The notes: generated by a model from the letters alone, not told the origin. Positions 20,765 through 31,780 are shown, counted from the stretch's first letter. The stretch is 64,000 nucleotides of DNA from a virus (IMGVR_UViG_3300032770_000009:1-64000); one strand, 5' to 3'. Numbers and translations are program-made.

Positions 20765-21616
20765 CTATGACAATATGAAACAGATAGACGCCGCATTCGC
20801 CTGAGTATTAGAAGATAAAGTCAGACTACTTGGCAGAGTCGTTCCTGTTCCGTTAATAGCAGATCTATAACTAGCCGCTGAAAGTCCGGCGTTAGCGAGC
20901 AAAGTAGAAGATAATCCTGCTGATGCTCTTAATGTAGGTGGAGTAGTACCATTAGAAACTATTGCTATATAGTACATACCTGGTGTAGCAGCATAAGAAG
21001 ATGTGAATGCCGCAGTATGTATACCGGATGTCTGGAAATTCGTAGTCTGATCAGCAGTTAAAGCAACACGTGTACCTGAAGAATTATATAATCCTATAAA
21101 GTTTTCAGCTGATGTCAGTGTAGCTCCTACAGTAGTAACATTATAGATCACATTCGAAATAGTCATTGCCGATCTCACGAATACTGCCATTAGGTATATA
21201 GAACCCGTAGCTAGTAAGTTTGTAGTATTGCAGACAAGCGGGTCACATGTCCAAGTTTTCCATCCGAAATCATTGGGAGCAGGTGAGGTATTACGCTGGC
21301 CTGTATTACCATCTACTCTATACCATAAGTTCTGTATTCCACTCCAAGTATACATGGCTGTTTGACTAGCTGTAATAATATCGCTAGTACCGTCAGCTAC
21401 GTTGCTTGTACCACTTGCTGCCATCGTAATAACATTTGACCCAGTATTAATAATCACTAAAGGCTGCGCATCAAATTTTCCTGCTTGTACTATAATACCT
21501 GTCACATCGCTTGATGATGTTACAAGATTAAGACCAGCATTAACTGTAATAGTTGAGCTGCTACTTAAAGTTTGAGATGTTGCTCCGCCACCTAAAGTTA
21601 TCTGTGTTCCTGGCAT
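20765..21616 (-). CDS. Putative virion structural protein
   Basis: Ser/Thr-rich beta protein. Confidence 0.5.
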   Translation of the reverse strand: MPGTQITLGGGATSQTLSSSSTITVNAGLNLVTSSSDVTGIIVQAGKFDAQPLVIINTGSNVITMAASGTSNVADGTSDIITASQTAMYTWSGIQNLWYRVDGNTGQRNTSPAPNDFGWKTWTCDPLVCNTTNLLATGSIYLMAVFVRSAMTISNVIYNVTTVGATLTSAENFIGLYNSSGTRVALTADQTTNFQTSGIHTAAFTSSYAATPGMYYIAIVSNGTTPPTLRASAGLSSTLLANAGLSAASYRSAINGTGTTLPSSLTLSSNTQANAASICFILS

Positions 21617-23281
21617 TTAAACTCCTATCGGACTAAGATAATTACAAAGCAGATCTGCTATTCTACTATGACCTACTTCGCTTGGATGCTGCCCGTCGGC
21701 ATAATAAAGTCCATACGGGCCACCCCCACTTTGACCTGGTGGCATAAGCAGCGACAAATCCATAATTGCCGCATTGTTAGCTAAAGCGACAGCATACATA
21801 GCTGATACATATTCCTGCCATTGATTTGTTGTACTGTAATACTGAAGATAACAAGGCATAATAAGGAACGTTGGAGTTGGTGCTGACTCGGCAGCACATG
21901 CCGCTGTAATAACACCCAATAACGCTGACAGATCTGTCTGGAATTGTGCTGGAGTTATTACACCCCAGTCGTTAACACCAAGTTCTATAATATAGAGCTG
22001 AGCATATGTTGTAGCGATTGAATGTAAATCGCTTCCTTGCCATCCCGGTGTTGTAGCCCCGCTGGAACCACAATTGTAGACCTGTATTCCTGACGTCTCA
22101 TCACCATTATATTCAACTACACCATCAACCCATGTAGTACCTCCGCTTAGCCACTGAATTGTAAGCGTATGAGCTGTACCAGGAGTTGACCCCAATGTAA
22201 TAGGCCCTACTATATTTCCACCAGCTACAGAACCAGCCGATGTAGAAATAGTTGTGGTACCTCCGCCATCCACTTTCCATGTGAATGAACCGCCACTTAT
22301 ATCTGAAGTGTACAGTATGTATGCGGTTGTTCCCACTAAATGATATGTAAGAGTGCAACCCCCACCGGCACTTATATCATATGTGGCACCATTAAATCCT
22401 GCTCCGTATTGAACACCAGGAGTACCTGTTACAGTAATATAATCGGTACCTATGCTTGTGTCATGTAAAATTGGCGGTAGAACCCCACGACCATGTGTGT
22501 TTAAACCATTACTTGGAAACTTGATATTCAAGGCATTTTGAAGCATTACAGGCCAAGACTGCTCCCACTGAGACAAGAAAGATCCAGCCGTTATTGACGT
22601 ACCTATACACATGATACTACACGCCGCGTAATGTCTGCCAGCTAATACAGATTCCCATGCTTCCAGTGGACCCGTTTCATGTGGTTGATTCCATTTAGTG
22701 GGTCCAAAAATAGCATACTGCTGAGTGCCTGATGGTAATGATGACAGCCAGGTAGAACCACCTGATGCATAAGTTAATGTTGCTCCTGCAACTTCACTAG
22801 CTAATTCTCGTATAGCATATGATTCATAATTTGCTGGTGCCTGTAAATAAAGTACAACGGTTGTTAATCCACTAGTATTACTTGTTATTATCGCCCAGAA
22901 ATTACCTGGTGCGATAGTCTGGCAGTCATTAGCAGTTAAAGTTATAGTTGGTGGTGATCCCATAGCGGCATCTTGTTTCACATAAAACTTTACTGATGCT
23001 GATGATGCCTGATCAGGACCACCGCTGCCTTGTATATACAATGAAGTATCAGCAGAAAAATACTGAGAAGTTAAAGATATAGTAGCTACAGCTTGCCACT
23101 GTCCTTGCTGTGACGATGTAGAACCTAAGCTTACAACAGGTTCATTAAAAGGTAGCTGACTTATTGTCATTTTCTTTGTAGTACCAGATGCAGACATAGA
23201 AGTATCATGTATATCGTCAACCAATAATATGTCGTCATTCTGTACATTTGTTATAGCTGTATAGCTTTCAAATTTACCCAT
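21617..23281 (-). CDS. SGNH/GDSL hydrolase-domain virion protein
   Basis: Block I variant GTSITAG, NCGSSGAT, ELGVND, DGQHPS catalytic motifs. Confidence 0.8.
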   Translation of the reverse strand: MGKFESYTAITNVQNDDILLVDDIHDTSMSASGTTKKMTISQLPFNEPVVSLGSTSSQQGQWQAVATISLTSQYFSADTSLYIQGSGGPDQASSASVKFYVKQDAAMGSPPTITLTANDCQTIAPGNFWAIITSNTSGLTTVVLYLQAPANYESYAIRELASEVAGATLTYASGGSTWLSSLPSGTQQYAIFGPTKWNQPHETGPLEAWESVLAGRHYAACSIMCIGTSITAGSFLSQWEQSWPVMLQNALNIKFPSNGLNTHGRGVLPPILHDTSIGTDYITVTGTPGVQYGAGFNGATYDISAGGGCTLTYHLVGTTAYILYTSDISGGSFTWKVDGGGTTTISTSAGSVAGGNIVGPITLGSTPGTAHTLTIQWLSGGTTWVDGVVEYNGDETSGIQVYNCGSSGATTPGWQGSDLHSIATTYAQLYIIELGVNDWGVITPAQFQTDLSALLGVITAACAAESAPTPTFLIMPCYLQYYSTTNQWQEYVSAMYAVALANNAAIMDLSLLMPPGQSGGGPYGLYYADGQHPSEVGHSRIADLLCNYLSPIGV

Positions 23282-23292
23282 TTAAATCCTTT

Positions 23293-24051
23293 TTATATAT
23301 AACTTACGATAACTCGGCCAGTAACAGATGTAGGCGCTTTCAAAGTAACAACAGCGGCAGCATAGTTGTTGCTAGTGCTGCTTAGTGTACCAGAATAAGT
23401 TGCTGTTCCAGTAGAAGACAGAATATTATAGCCTGACTTTTCATAAATCTGATATGTCGTACCTGATATATTAACGCCCACGTTTCTAGTAGTTTCGTTA
23501 ACCCACGGAGAACTTGGACCTGTAACAGTCATTGTAGAACCAGCATTTTGTGCAGCTCCTACCATTCCGATAGCTATTTCACTGGCTTGGGTTGTAGTTG
23601 CGGTTGCGGTAGAAGAAAATGTTCCCGCACCGCTTCCAGTTCCTGAAATAGTTTTATCAACAACAGATGACAAAGCGAGTCCCGATATTTCAAAGGAATC
23701 AATTAAGATGAATCCCTGATTAGTTGAACCTGCTGTTCCGCCGAAAGACCAGTTAACATCTATTACCTTCTGTCCGCCGCCAGTATTTGGGTTAACCCAA
23801 ATTGCTATGGTATCTCCGCCGCTACCTCCTGTATCTACTTTTGATACGGCAGATGCCCAGTTTTCTGCTGTTCCGTTTGTGGTAACTGACGTAATAGAAG
23901 GACTGTCACCAAATGGACCAGAGTAATAAATGCAGGCCACTAGACAATTAGCAGCAGTAGTGTTACTAGAGAAAGTTGTAGCAGTTGTAGCTGATGTCCC
24001 AGAACTTACTGCTGCTGTTGTACTAATATTCTGTACTACTGATATTGCCAT
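23293..24051 (-). CDS. Putative virion structural protein
   Basis: Ser/Thr-rich beta protein. Confidence 0.5.
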   Translation of the reverse strand: MAISVVQNISTTAAVSSGTSATTATTFSSNTTAANCLVACIYYSGPFGDSPSITSVTTNGTAENWASAVSKVDTGGSGGDTIAIWVNPNTGGGQKVIDVNWSFGGTAGSTNQGFILIDSFEISGLALSSVVDKTISGTGSGAGTFSSTATATTTQASEIAIGMVGAAQNAGSTMTVTGPSSPWVNETTRNVGVNISGTTYQIYEKSGYNILSSTGTATYSGTLSSTSNNYAAAVVTLKAPTSVTGRVIVSYI

Positions 24052-25575
24052 TTAGAATCCTAGTTTCCATCCTTGACATAGCCATCCTGACTTAGCTGTA
24101 GAATACCTGAAAGCCACCGCGTCAGTTTTGCCTGATGTTGATGTCCATGTTGGCTGTCCGTCAGCACCAAATAAAAAAGCTGCGTTAAATAACGGAGTAA
24201 ATGCTCCTGAATAAGCTATGTCGATAACTATTTGCTGTCCGTTAACTGGGTTGGATGGTGCTCCTAGAGTGTGAGAACTACCTCCAAGTGCCCATGTAAA
24301 TACATTTCCGTTAGCGGCATTTATGGAAACTGACGAGCCATCGGTTAGAGCTGTTACAGCAGGAGCTAAGTATCCTGTCATTGTTGTTCCAGCTAAAGCC
24401 GCACCACCGAGAGCTGTTAATGCCGCTGATGCTGTAGTAGCTCCTGTGCCGCCGTTAGCTATAGGTACAGATGTCACATTAACAGGAACTAAATTAAGTA
24501 AAGCTACAGTATTGGATGCGTCATCGTGTGTTGATGCTGTAGTACCTGACAGATCACTACCAGTAAAAGTCATACCAGCAGATGTTGACGTTTGGCTTGC
24601 ACCGTAAGCTGCTCCCTGTGCGTAGCAATTACTAGCCATTACTACATTAAGAGAGCCATTCGCTCTGTAACCAGCATAAGTGGTGCCACCTGCTAGTCCG
24701 TCTCCTATAGCATAGCAGCCGGATAATATGTATCTGCCGCCGCTACCGCTTGCACTATTGTCGAATAAGAAACCGTCTTTGTTATTAGCATGAGTAGTGC
24801 ATCCAATTAGATTAAGTGCTCTACCTGCGCCACCCTGACCTGTAAAATGGAAACCCGCACCTCCAGTGCTTCCCTCCCCTTTGCATCCTATAAAGTGTGT
24901 ATTAAGAGAAAAAGCTATATTCCAGTTGTCAGAGCTGTTAGCGCTAGATTCACAGTTAACAAACCAGCTATCGGGAAGATTGTCAGCGTATACACCGTAG
25001 CCTGCTGTATAAGAAAATTTGCAGTTATCTATAAACCAGTCATCAGGATTTTTTCCAACTCCTGTGTCTGTTTCAAAATGTAAGGCGTCAGACCATACAG
25101 AGTTAACAGCGACACCGCGCATTATGCAGGCACCCCAGGCACCATGTGCTTGAATACCATAGCCCGCTGTCATAACTGAGCCATCTAATGTGAAATCCAC
25201 TAATGATACGCCATAATACTGAGTAGATGTAGTGTTGTACATTTTAATTGCGGCTGTACCACTAAAACTGCTAACAACTTTTATTACTGAGCCGCCACTA
25301 CCTCCACTGCCCGCACCGTAGTTATCGATAGCAGATGCCATCCAAGGTGCGCGACCACGTATAGACGACCCGCTAGTTGGTGTTAAAGGTGCATTAATAT
25401 AGTATGGATTGCTAGAGCCTGTATAAACAAGATTTACTTGACCACCAGCAGTTAAGACATTATTTATGTTTGTAACATCTGTTGCTCCGGTAGAATCACC
25501 TGATGGCAGTATCGTTACAACAACATTACTAACTGATGGTGTTTCAACAAGCAGCGGGGAAAGAATCTGTGGCAT
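24052..25575 (-). CDS. Right-handed beta-helix fibre/tailspike protein
   Basis: Repeating NC/GC beta-helix rungs; PIANGGTGATTA fibre motif. Confidence 0.65.
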   Translation of the reverse strand: MPQILSPLLVETPSVSNVVVTILPSGDSTGATDVTNINNVLTAGGQVNLVYTGSSNPYYINAPLTPTSGSSIRGRAPWMASAIDNYGAGSGGSGGSVIKVVSSFSGTAAIKMYNTTSTQYYGVSLVDFTLDGSVMTAGYGIQAHGAWGACIMRGVAVNSVWSDALHFETDTGVGKNPDDWFIDNCKFSYTAGYGVYADNLPDSWFVNCESSANSSDNWNIAFSLNTHFIGCKGEGSTGGAGFHFTGQGGAGRALNLIGCTTHANNKDGFLFDNSASGSGGRYILSGCYAIGDGLAGGTTYAGYRANGSLNVVMASNCYAQGAAYGASQTSTSAGMTFTGSDLSGTTASTHDDASNTVALLNLVPVNVTSVPIANGGTGATTASAALTALGGAALAGTTMTGYLAPAVTALTDGSSVSINAANGNVFTWALGGSSHTLGAPSNPVNGQQIVIDIAYSGAFTPLFNAAFLFGADGQPTWTSTSGKTDAVAFRYSTAKSGWLCQGWKLGF

Positions 25576-26960
25576 TAACCAACCACCACGCAGCTTATAG
25601 TGTTAGATGCTGGTGCTGTAGTGAAACCAAGAGCAACAGCGTTAGCACTCGATACTGTAACGTCGCAGATAACTAACTGACTTGAAGAATTATAAACCAT
25701 AACCATAGGATATGAGTTATTCAAGTTATGAGTTACTGTGATAGACGTTGAAGATCCATTACCAAGTGTAAGACCTGAATTGTAAAGACCAGGGGCACCA
25801 AGTGATGTTCTAGCCGCTGACGCTGATGTTGCGTTTGTACCACCATTAGCGACTGATACAGGTGTTGACAGAGAAATAGTATTACCGGATTTTGATAATC
25901 CTGTTCCTGCTGTTATCTCACCGGCACCAGAGAACTGGGTCCACTTAATATTGTTAGTACCATAAGTGAATGCAGCATTTGTTGAAGGTACAGATACAAC
26001 CCATCCTGAACTGGAGTTAGCTGTGCCGCCTTCTACGAATACAAACGCACCAGCAGGACCGTTAGTTCCTGACATGTCAGCGGCACGGGAAACAGACAAG
26101 TTAGTTGTATTAGATGTTACCTGATACAAACCGTTACCTGGTTGTGTTGAACCAGCGGAACCTGTTCCTGTTGAAGCGGGTGCGTCTTTAATAAGAATAT
26201 AATCGTTAACAGCGGGGGACTGTCCGTCAACTGTAGTTCCTGTTATCTGAGTAACAGAACCAGCAGAAATAGTGAATGTTTCTGTTCCTACTGTTGCTGC
26301 GACTGCTGAATTCTTTATATTAAGACCTTGGACAGCAGCGGATACAGCAGAAGTTACGAATGCCGTAGTAGCAACTTGTGTGGTATTAGTTCCTGACGAT
26401 GCCGTTGGTGCTGTAGGAGTACCAGTCATCGTAGGAGAACCGGGTGGCAGGTAATCAGTATTGGATACAGCAGAGTTGAATCCGCCAGATCCGTTGCCCT
26501 TTAAGATAGACGTACCTGATGTTGCCGGTGCATAATCAGTACCAGAAGTGGCGTTAGAGAATCCACCGGAGCCAGAACCCTTAAGAATGGATGTACCTGA
26601 AGTAGCAGGAGCATAATCTGTTCCTGACACAGCGGCTACAAGTTGATTGGAACTAGCCTTTACAACAGAACCAGAAGTTACTGATGTCTGTAATGTAATA
26701 GCGGGGGTAGTAGAAGCATTGGCTACAGTACCCTGGAAACCGTTAGCAGTTACAACGGACACAGTGGTCACAGATCCGCCACTGCCAGCAGCAGGATATA
26801 TCCATCCTGATCCTGTGTAGTATCCTAATTCCCCGGTACCGCTGTCATAGTAGATCTGTCCGGTTACAGGAGATGAAGGAGCACCGGAATGAACGTGCAA
26901 AACGTGGTTTATAATCTCATTTTGAGTCATATCCAGTGTGGTTAAAACTGAAGTTGTCAT
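25575..26960 (-). CDS. Fibre-like virion protein
   Basis: TGTPTAPTA...TQVATTAFV, WTQFSGAG, ANGGTNAT fibre motifs. Confidence 0.65.
   Translation of the reverse strand: MTTSVLTTLDMTQNEIINHVLHVHSGAPSSPVTGQIYYDSGTGELGYYTGSGWIYPAAGSGGSVTTVSVVTANGFQGTVANASTTPAITLQTSVTSGSVVKASSNQLVAAVSGTDYAPATSGTSILKGSGSGGFSNATSGTDYAPATSGTSILKGNGSGGFNSAVSNTDYLPPGSPTMTGTPTAPTASSGTNTTQVATTAFVTSAVSAAVQGLNIKNSAVAATVGTETFTISAGSVTQITGTTVDGQSPAVNDYILIKDAPASTGTGSAGSTQPGNGLYQVTSNTTNLSVSRAADMSGTNGPAGAFVFVEGGTANSSSGWVVSVPSTNAAFTYGTNNIKWTQFSGAGEITAGTGLSKSGNTISLSTPVSVANGGTNATSASAARTSLGAPGLYNSGLTLGNGSSTSITVTHNLNNSYPMVMVYNSSSQLVICDVTVSSANAVALGFTTAPASNTISCVVVG
26455..26640 (-). repeat. Internal coding tandem repeat of about 25 aa (SGTDYAPATSGTSILKGxGSGGF), two full copies plus a partial third
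   Basis: Seen in translation and DNA. Confidence 0.7.
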
Positions 26961-26971
26961 TTGTTTACTCT

Positions 26972-27244
26972 CTAGTTACAGTAAACCGTTCCTGAGAACG
27001 GAGCAGTAAAAGTTACAATTAAGTTATTCATATCTGTATAAGTAACATCCCCTATTATCATATGCTTAGCAGAACTTACTACTGTAACAGACGGATATTT
27101 TTGAAGATTATGATTTACTGTAACTGTGTCTGTTACAGTAAATGACTGTATATAGTTTTTATCAAAACTACCTGTGAATGCAGGCGGACCTGGAGCGAAA
27201 TTCTGACCCCAGCCCGACTGAACAGGAGTGGCTGTGAAAGTCAT
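26972..27244 (-). CDS. Small fibre-associated protein
   Basis: VNHNLQKYPSVTV motif, similar to the C-terminus of 25575-26960. Confidence 0.55.
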   Translation of the reverse strand: MTFTATPVQSGWGQNFAPGPPAFTGSFDKNYIQSFTVTDTVTVNHNLQKYPSVTVVSSAKHMIIGDVTYTDMNNLIVTFTAPFSGTVYCN

Positions 27245-28128
27245 TAAATCACCTGATATATGTTAAGAAATCCTACTGGTATAACGGCTGTTTGAGTATC
27301 TGTTATGACTTGCACCCAAACTCTGTAAACTCCTATCGCAAGAGGTAGTCCTCCCGCACCAGATCCGATAAGAATCTGGGCTATATTGCCTGTTGTAGTA
27401 GGTGCCCATGACGCTGTATACCAGTCTGCATCTGAAGGTACATTATTTGTCGTTTCAAAAGCGAATGACACCGGGAAACTAGTAAGATTTTGAGGAACAC
27501 CAGAAGTTGAGTAGTTAACTACGTTAGTTGTAAGATACTGAGTGGCGGTTACCGGGATGCTTGTGAAATTATGAGAATCGTCATCGTCATCGTCAGTTAC
27601 AGGACGTATAGTACCTGGAATAATCAGAGATCTTATATCTTGTATAGCAGTATCATCAGCAGATGGCGCGGTTATATCATACTGATTGCCACCCTCAAAA
27701 TTCTCGCGTACATGATAAGTAAATGATGTTGGTGTCATATTTGCGTTATCTGTTGCTAATACTGATGCATACAGACGACCGTACTGGAGGTAGATCTTGC
27801 CGTCCCCCATCTGGTTAACTCCGATAAGACTGAAATTCAGTCCAGCGTATCTCTGAGGCATGAAAGTAGTATGCCCGTCTATATCGAAAGTCAACGGCGA
27901 AGACGGCCAGAAAGTGAGATAACCAGATAGAGGATTCCCACTAGTATCATAGTAGCTGCCATTGACAACAACATAGTTAAGGCCAGCCGGAAAACCGGGA
28001 CCGTTAGCCAGCAAGGGATTCGTAGCATAGATGTAACCAGGTGCTTGCGACGTGAAACCCGGAATCCACCAGGCATCAACAAGCGGTTCATTTATAGTGT
28101 CCGCATAAGGGAAGGACCACAGGCTCAT
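27244..28128 (-). CDS. Putative virion structural protein
   Basis: ORF preceded by the candidate late-promoter motif. Confidence 0.5.
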   Translation of the reverse strand: MSLWSFPYADTINEPLVDAWWIPGFTSQAPGYIYATNPLLANGPGFPAGLNYVVVNGSYYDTSGNPLSGYLTFWPSSPLTFDIDGHTTFMPQRYAGLNFSLIGVNQMGDGKIYLQYGRLYASVLATDNANMTPTSFTYHVRENFEGGNQYDITAPSADDTAIQDIRSLIIPGTIRPVTDDDDDDSHNFTSIPVTATQYLTTNVVNYSTSGVPQNLTSFPVSFAFETTNNVPSDADWYTASWAPTTTGNIAQILIGSGAGGLPLAIGVYRVWVQVITDTQTAVIPVGFLNIYQVI

Positions 28129-28167
28129 AAAGCTCCTATAATTATATATTTACATAGCCAGTATACA

Positions 28168-29742
28168 CTACCTAAGTGATCTAGTGTATGCTCCAGGTCC
28201 ATTCAAGTGTCTTGAATAAAGTACGTTAGACATGACTTCTACTTCTGTTGACTGATCTAGATCAGAAAGTTTGGAAAGAATACAAGCCATAGCCAGTGAA
28301 TCGGGATAATCGTCATGAGCATTGGAAACATTTGGTGCTTCAGCAAGAACATATGGTCCTTTAAATTTCACTTCCAGATCTTCCATCTCCTGACGGAAGC
28401 GGGTGTAGACTTTTCTTTTCCTTATCTTAGCACCAGCAGGCCAGGAAATCTGACCGTGCTCTATAAGCTGCATCAGGTATTTCCATCTCTCCGACTGATC
28501 TGTGTTAGCTGAACCTAACTCTACAACTTCAACATGAGGCATCAAAACTTTAAGGCGCTGTGCTACTACATCACCAAGACCCCCTGTGTCGATTCCTACT
28601 TTCCATAAATTATAATTTGACAGGAATTCAACTATCCGGAAATACTGTTCTTCCCAGTCCATACCTTCAAGATCTAGCCAGTTAAGCACTTGGTGATAGT
28701 ACATGCCATATGGATCTGGATTATTCCAGTCAACATAGACAATAGTAACAATAGTTCGGTCTTGCTTGCGGCCAACGTCAATACCAGCTACCAGTGGCGT
28801 GCGATGATAAGCGTACACAAATGACTGCATAGACGTATCGCCAAGTTCATCCAGCCGTTCGCTGGTGGTGAACATGCCTTTTTCAAGAACCCATATCAGC
28901 CGGTAAGAAAGTTTAAATTCGTTAGAGTCAATTCCTATACGGTCCATTTCTCGTTCAACGGACTGCTTGTAGTCAGGATTATATTTAGCTACAATTTTCC
29001 AGTCAAATTCATAATGATTTCTCTTTGAGCCTGACGCATGGTAACGTTTATTCGATTGTATAGTATCGTAGAAAACACCTTTGTTAAATGCTGGTGTGCC
29101 CGTGAAAACCATTGTCCCATTAGTAGCCGCACGCATAGGAGCTATTTTCTTGTCAACTACAACTTTCTCTGCGCCCTGACATTCATCGATAAGAATAAAG
29201 TGATATGTTCGTCCTTCTATAGTTGCTTTAGGATGACATGTTGTCTTACGAACTAGTGAGCCGTTACTTAACTCTATATACCGGCCGCGAACAGTCATCT
29301 TAATATCAATATCAGGATCTTCTAATATGAACCGAGAATGATCGGACACTATACGTTCCTGTATACGACCAAATAAGTTATCTGCCTGCTCATCTACAGG
29401 TGCGAATGCTCCTACTTTGCAGCCATTACGGAACTTGTAAAAATGCTTAGGATAGACTTTAGCTAGTAACGGAAAAAACACCATAACAACACAAGAAGCT
29501 AATGCTAGTGACTCTGTTTTACCTGACTGACGTGAGAAAAGACCAGTTATAGTCGCACCGTCACCTGTAATAAGACTCTCAAATATTCTGGATATAAATT
29601 CTGTCTGGTAAGGTCTAAGTTCATCCCCTGGAGGCTGAAATTCATTGGCTATAAGCACAAGTTTCTGCACTAATTTCGGTACAAAGTCTTTGTCATCCTC
29701 TGATAAACTTAGGTCATTTTCTTCTAGATCTGATATCTCCAT
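28168..29742 (-). CDS. terL: Terminase large subunit
   Basis: LRPYQ, Walker A SRQSGKT, Walker B ILIDECQ, TGTP, GIDVG and HDDYPDS nuclease motifs. Confidence 0.93.
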   Translation of the reverse strand: MEISDLEENDLSLSEDDKDFVPKLVQKLVLIANEFQPPGDELRPYQTEFISRIFESLITGDGATITGLFSRQSGKTESLALASCVVMVFFPLLAKVYPKHFYKFRNGCKVGAFAPVDEQADNLFGRIQERIVSDHSRFILEDPDIDIKMTVRGRYIELSNGSLVRKTTCHPKATIEGRTYHFILIDECQGAEKVVVDKKIAPMRAATNGTMVFTGTPAFNKGVFYDTIQSNKRYHASGSKRNHYEFDWKIVAKYNPDYKQSVEREMDRIGIDSNEFKLSYRLIWVLEKGMFTTSERLDELGDTSMQSFVYAYHRTPLVAGIDVGRKQDRTIVTIVYVDWNNPDPYGMYYHQVLNWLDLEGMDWEEQYFRIVEFLSNYNLWKVGIDTGGLGDVVAQRLKVLMPHVEVVELGSANTDQSERWKYLMQLIEHGQISWPAGAKIRKRKVYTRFRQEMEDLEVKFKGPYVLAEAPNVSNAHDDYPDSLAMACILSKLSDLDQSTEVEVMSNVLYSRHLNGPGAYTRSLR

Positions 29743-29777
29743 TAATCTCCTTATTCTTTACGTATTTTTCTCCAGTA

Positions 29778-29951
29778 TTATTTGATTTTCTTTGCTTTCT
29801 TTAGAGGCTTAGGCTCAGTTACTTTCTTGGTACTTACTTTCTTCTGAGCAGCACGTGTAGTTTTTCGCTTATTAGCTTTCTTAAGAAATTGTCTGCGCTG
29901 TTCAGTTTTTGCAGACTGAGGTATTTCGGCACCTTTAGATTTTTCTGCCAT
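29778..29951 (-). CDS. Small highly basic protein
   Basis: Manual ORF MAEKSKGAEIPQSAKTEQRRQFLKKANKRKTTRAAQKKVSTKKVTEPKPLKKAKKIK. Confidence 0.5.
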   Translation of the reverse strand: MAEKSKGAEIPQSAKTEQRRQFLKKANKRKTTRAAQKKVSTKKVTEPKPLKKAKKIK

Positions 29952-29952
29952 T

Positions 29953-30201
29953 TTATCTCAGCAATCCGAAAGGAAAATGAAGTGAAAGCCACAAGAATAA
30001 TAGCCATACTACTAATGTCACAACCCAGTGTTCCCATGTCCATATACCAAGATCAAATGGGCGTGACAAACTAAGCTTCTCCAGTCCCCATACTTCTTCG
30101 CTGAGAGTGTTAGCTGAATTTTTAAATACCCAGTATAATTCTGGAATAAGAAATGCTAAAATCCATGCTATCCAGTAAATACCAAAGTATGTTACTTTCA
30201 T
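29953..30201 (-). CDS. Small membrane protein with two predicted helices (holin candidate)
   Basis: Two Trp-rich hydrophobic segments. Confidence 0.45.
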   Translation of the reverse strand: MKVTYFGIYWIAWILAFLIPELYWVFKNSANTLSEEVWGLEKLSLSRPFDLGIWTWEHWVVTLVVWLLFLWLSLHFPFGLLR

Positions 30202-30416
30202 TATTTTCCTTTATGATTCCATTTCTTAGCATTCTGTGCAAAAATCTTACGCTTCTTTGTTAGCGTACTGTCACCAGGCTTTATCTTCTTATCTTTTTCA
30301 GGCATATCTTTGCTTGTAGATAGCCCAAGTGACTTTCGTAAAGCACCCTGCTTTACTTTTCCTATAGGACCACTAGATTTCTTCTTAGCAGGTGGTCTCT
30401 TATTGTCTGCTGCCAT
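30201..30416 (-). CDS. Small basic protein
   Basis: K-rich; KRKIFAQNAKKW motif. Confidence 0.55.
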   Translation of the reverse strand: MAADNKRPPAKKKSSGPIGKVKQGALRKSLGLSTSKDMPEKDKKIKPGDSTLTKKRKIFAQNAKKWNHKGK

Positions 30417-30428
30417 AATTCTTTCCTC

Positions 30429-30743
30429 TCACTTATGCAATAGTAATGCTACCCATCCATAAAGACCAACTATAACACCTAATGCTGCTATAGTTGTTCC
30501 TATAAGCCATCTGCGACCAGAAGATCTAGCTTTCTCATCTGCTTCGTGTACTTCTTCATGCCTCGCAAATTTTGTTGTCATGTCTGACTTTAACTCAGAA
30601 AGATCTCGCGTTATAGTAGATATCTGTGTACTAAGCACAGCAATGGCGGCATTACCTGACTTTAGAGTATCTACTGACTGACGAATCTCCGTTAATTCAC
30701 CCCGAAGTTGATCAACTTCCCGACGTGACACGTAGTCTTCCAT
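30429..30743 (-). CDS. Coiled-coil protein with C-terminal transmembrane helix (lysis accessory candidate)
   Basis: Sequence composition; near the lysin. Confidence 0.5.
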   Translation of the reverse strand: MEDYVSRREVDQLRGELTEIRQSVDTLKSGNAAIAVLSTQISTITRDLSELKSDMTTKFARHEEVHEADEKARSSGRRWLIGTTIAALGVIVGLYGWVALLLHK

Positions 30744-30761
30744 GTGAATCTCTTTCTTAAA

Positions 30762-31127
30762 TTAGCATTTTAGATCAGTGGCAAGCTCTCCAAGTCGATC
30801 ATGAAGACCTTGAATATAAACCATAGAAGGTGTAGTACCTACAGGTGGTTTATCGGCATGTAAAGCTTCTAGTGTAGTGCAGAGTTTACTGAATACAATC
30901 TGACTTTGCTGTTGCTGCTGACTGCGAGCAGTATTATAGTTATGCTGTATTGAAAAGGCTAAAATTACGCTGATTCCCGCGTTAATAACAGCTACTAATA
31001 TGATAGCTATAATTATGCCTACTAAGGTCTTATCAGCTTTTCTCGCACTACGAGTTTCATCTATGCTCATAACTGCCTGCTTATCTAAAGCGGATAAAAT
31101 TGTTACAGGTACTAGTCTACCAGACAA
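30762..31127 (-). CDS. Membrane protein (lysis accessory candidate)
   Basis: Single hydrophobic helix and two Cys. Confidence 0.45.
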   Translation of the reverse strand: MSGRLVPVTILSALDKQAVMSIDETRSARKADKTLVGIIIAIILVAVINAGISVILAFSIQHNYNTARSQQQQQSQIVFSKLCTTLEALHADKPPVGTTPSMVYIQGLHDRLGELATDLKC

Positions 31128-31131
31128 AACA

Positions 31132-31163
31132 AAAAAGCCCCAAGGCTGAGCCTTGGGGCTTTA
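31132..31163. terminator. Intrinsic terminator
   Basis: aaaaaagccccaagg-ctgag-ccttggggcttt. Confidence 0.7.
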
Positions 31164-31780
31164 AATATGTTACAGTGTATGACCTGCGTGAAAACACGGA
31201 CATTTCCATGTTCTGTCAGGATTGTCATTTGACGCATTGCCTATCAAACCAGGGCATATACTATGATGGTTTGAGGCACAAAATCCGCACTTGTATTTAC
31301 CAGGCACGTAGTTATCTGATGTTATCTGTTTTTCTTCTAGCAGCAAGTTCATCTAACATCACCGCCAGTGCTAGTGATGTTTCTTTCATTATCTGTTCAG
31401 TAGTTATACTTGTGTTCCTGCGGTACAAAGACAGAGACATACTTAGATCACTAAGGCCAGTATCTATATGGTCTATAAGATCGCCTTTTGCAAGTCTCTT
31501 AGAACGTCTTACTGCTGCCTTGTAGTTACGCCAGTTGCGGAATAGTTTCGGGGTCAAAGAATCTCCCTTCTAATGCTTGAAGCAGATGCTTGTCAGGGTC
31601 GAGACTACTTGGCTTCCATGTTCCTATAAGGAATGCTTTGCCTGGAAAGAAATGAAATCCGTGTGCCATGCTAACCCTGAACGGGTATTCGTTTTCGTGT
31701 ACCGTAGTTTTGAAATACAGAGGAACGCCGTAAGCCCTGTCTATACCCCAAAACATGTTGCCCATGTCGTGTGTAATCAT

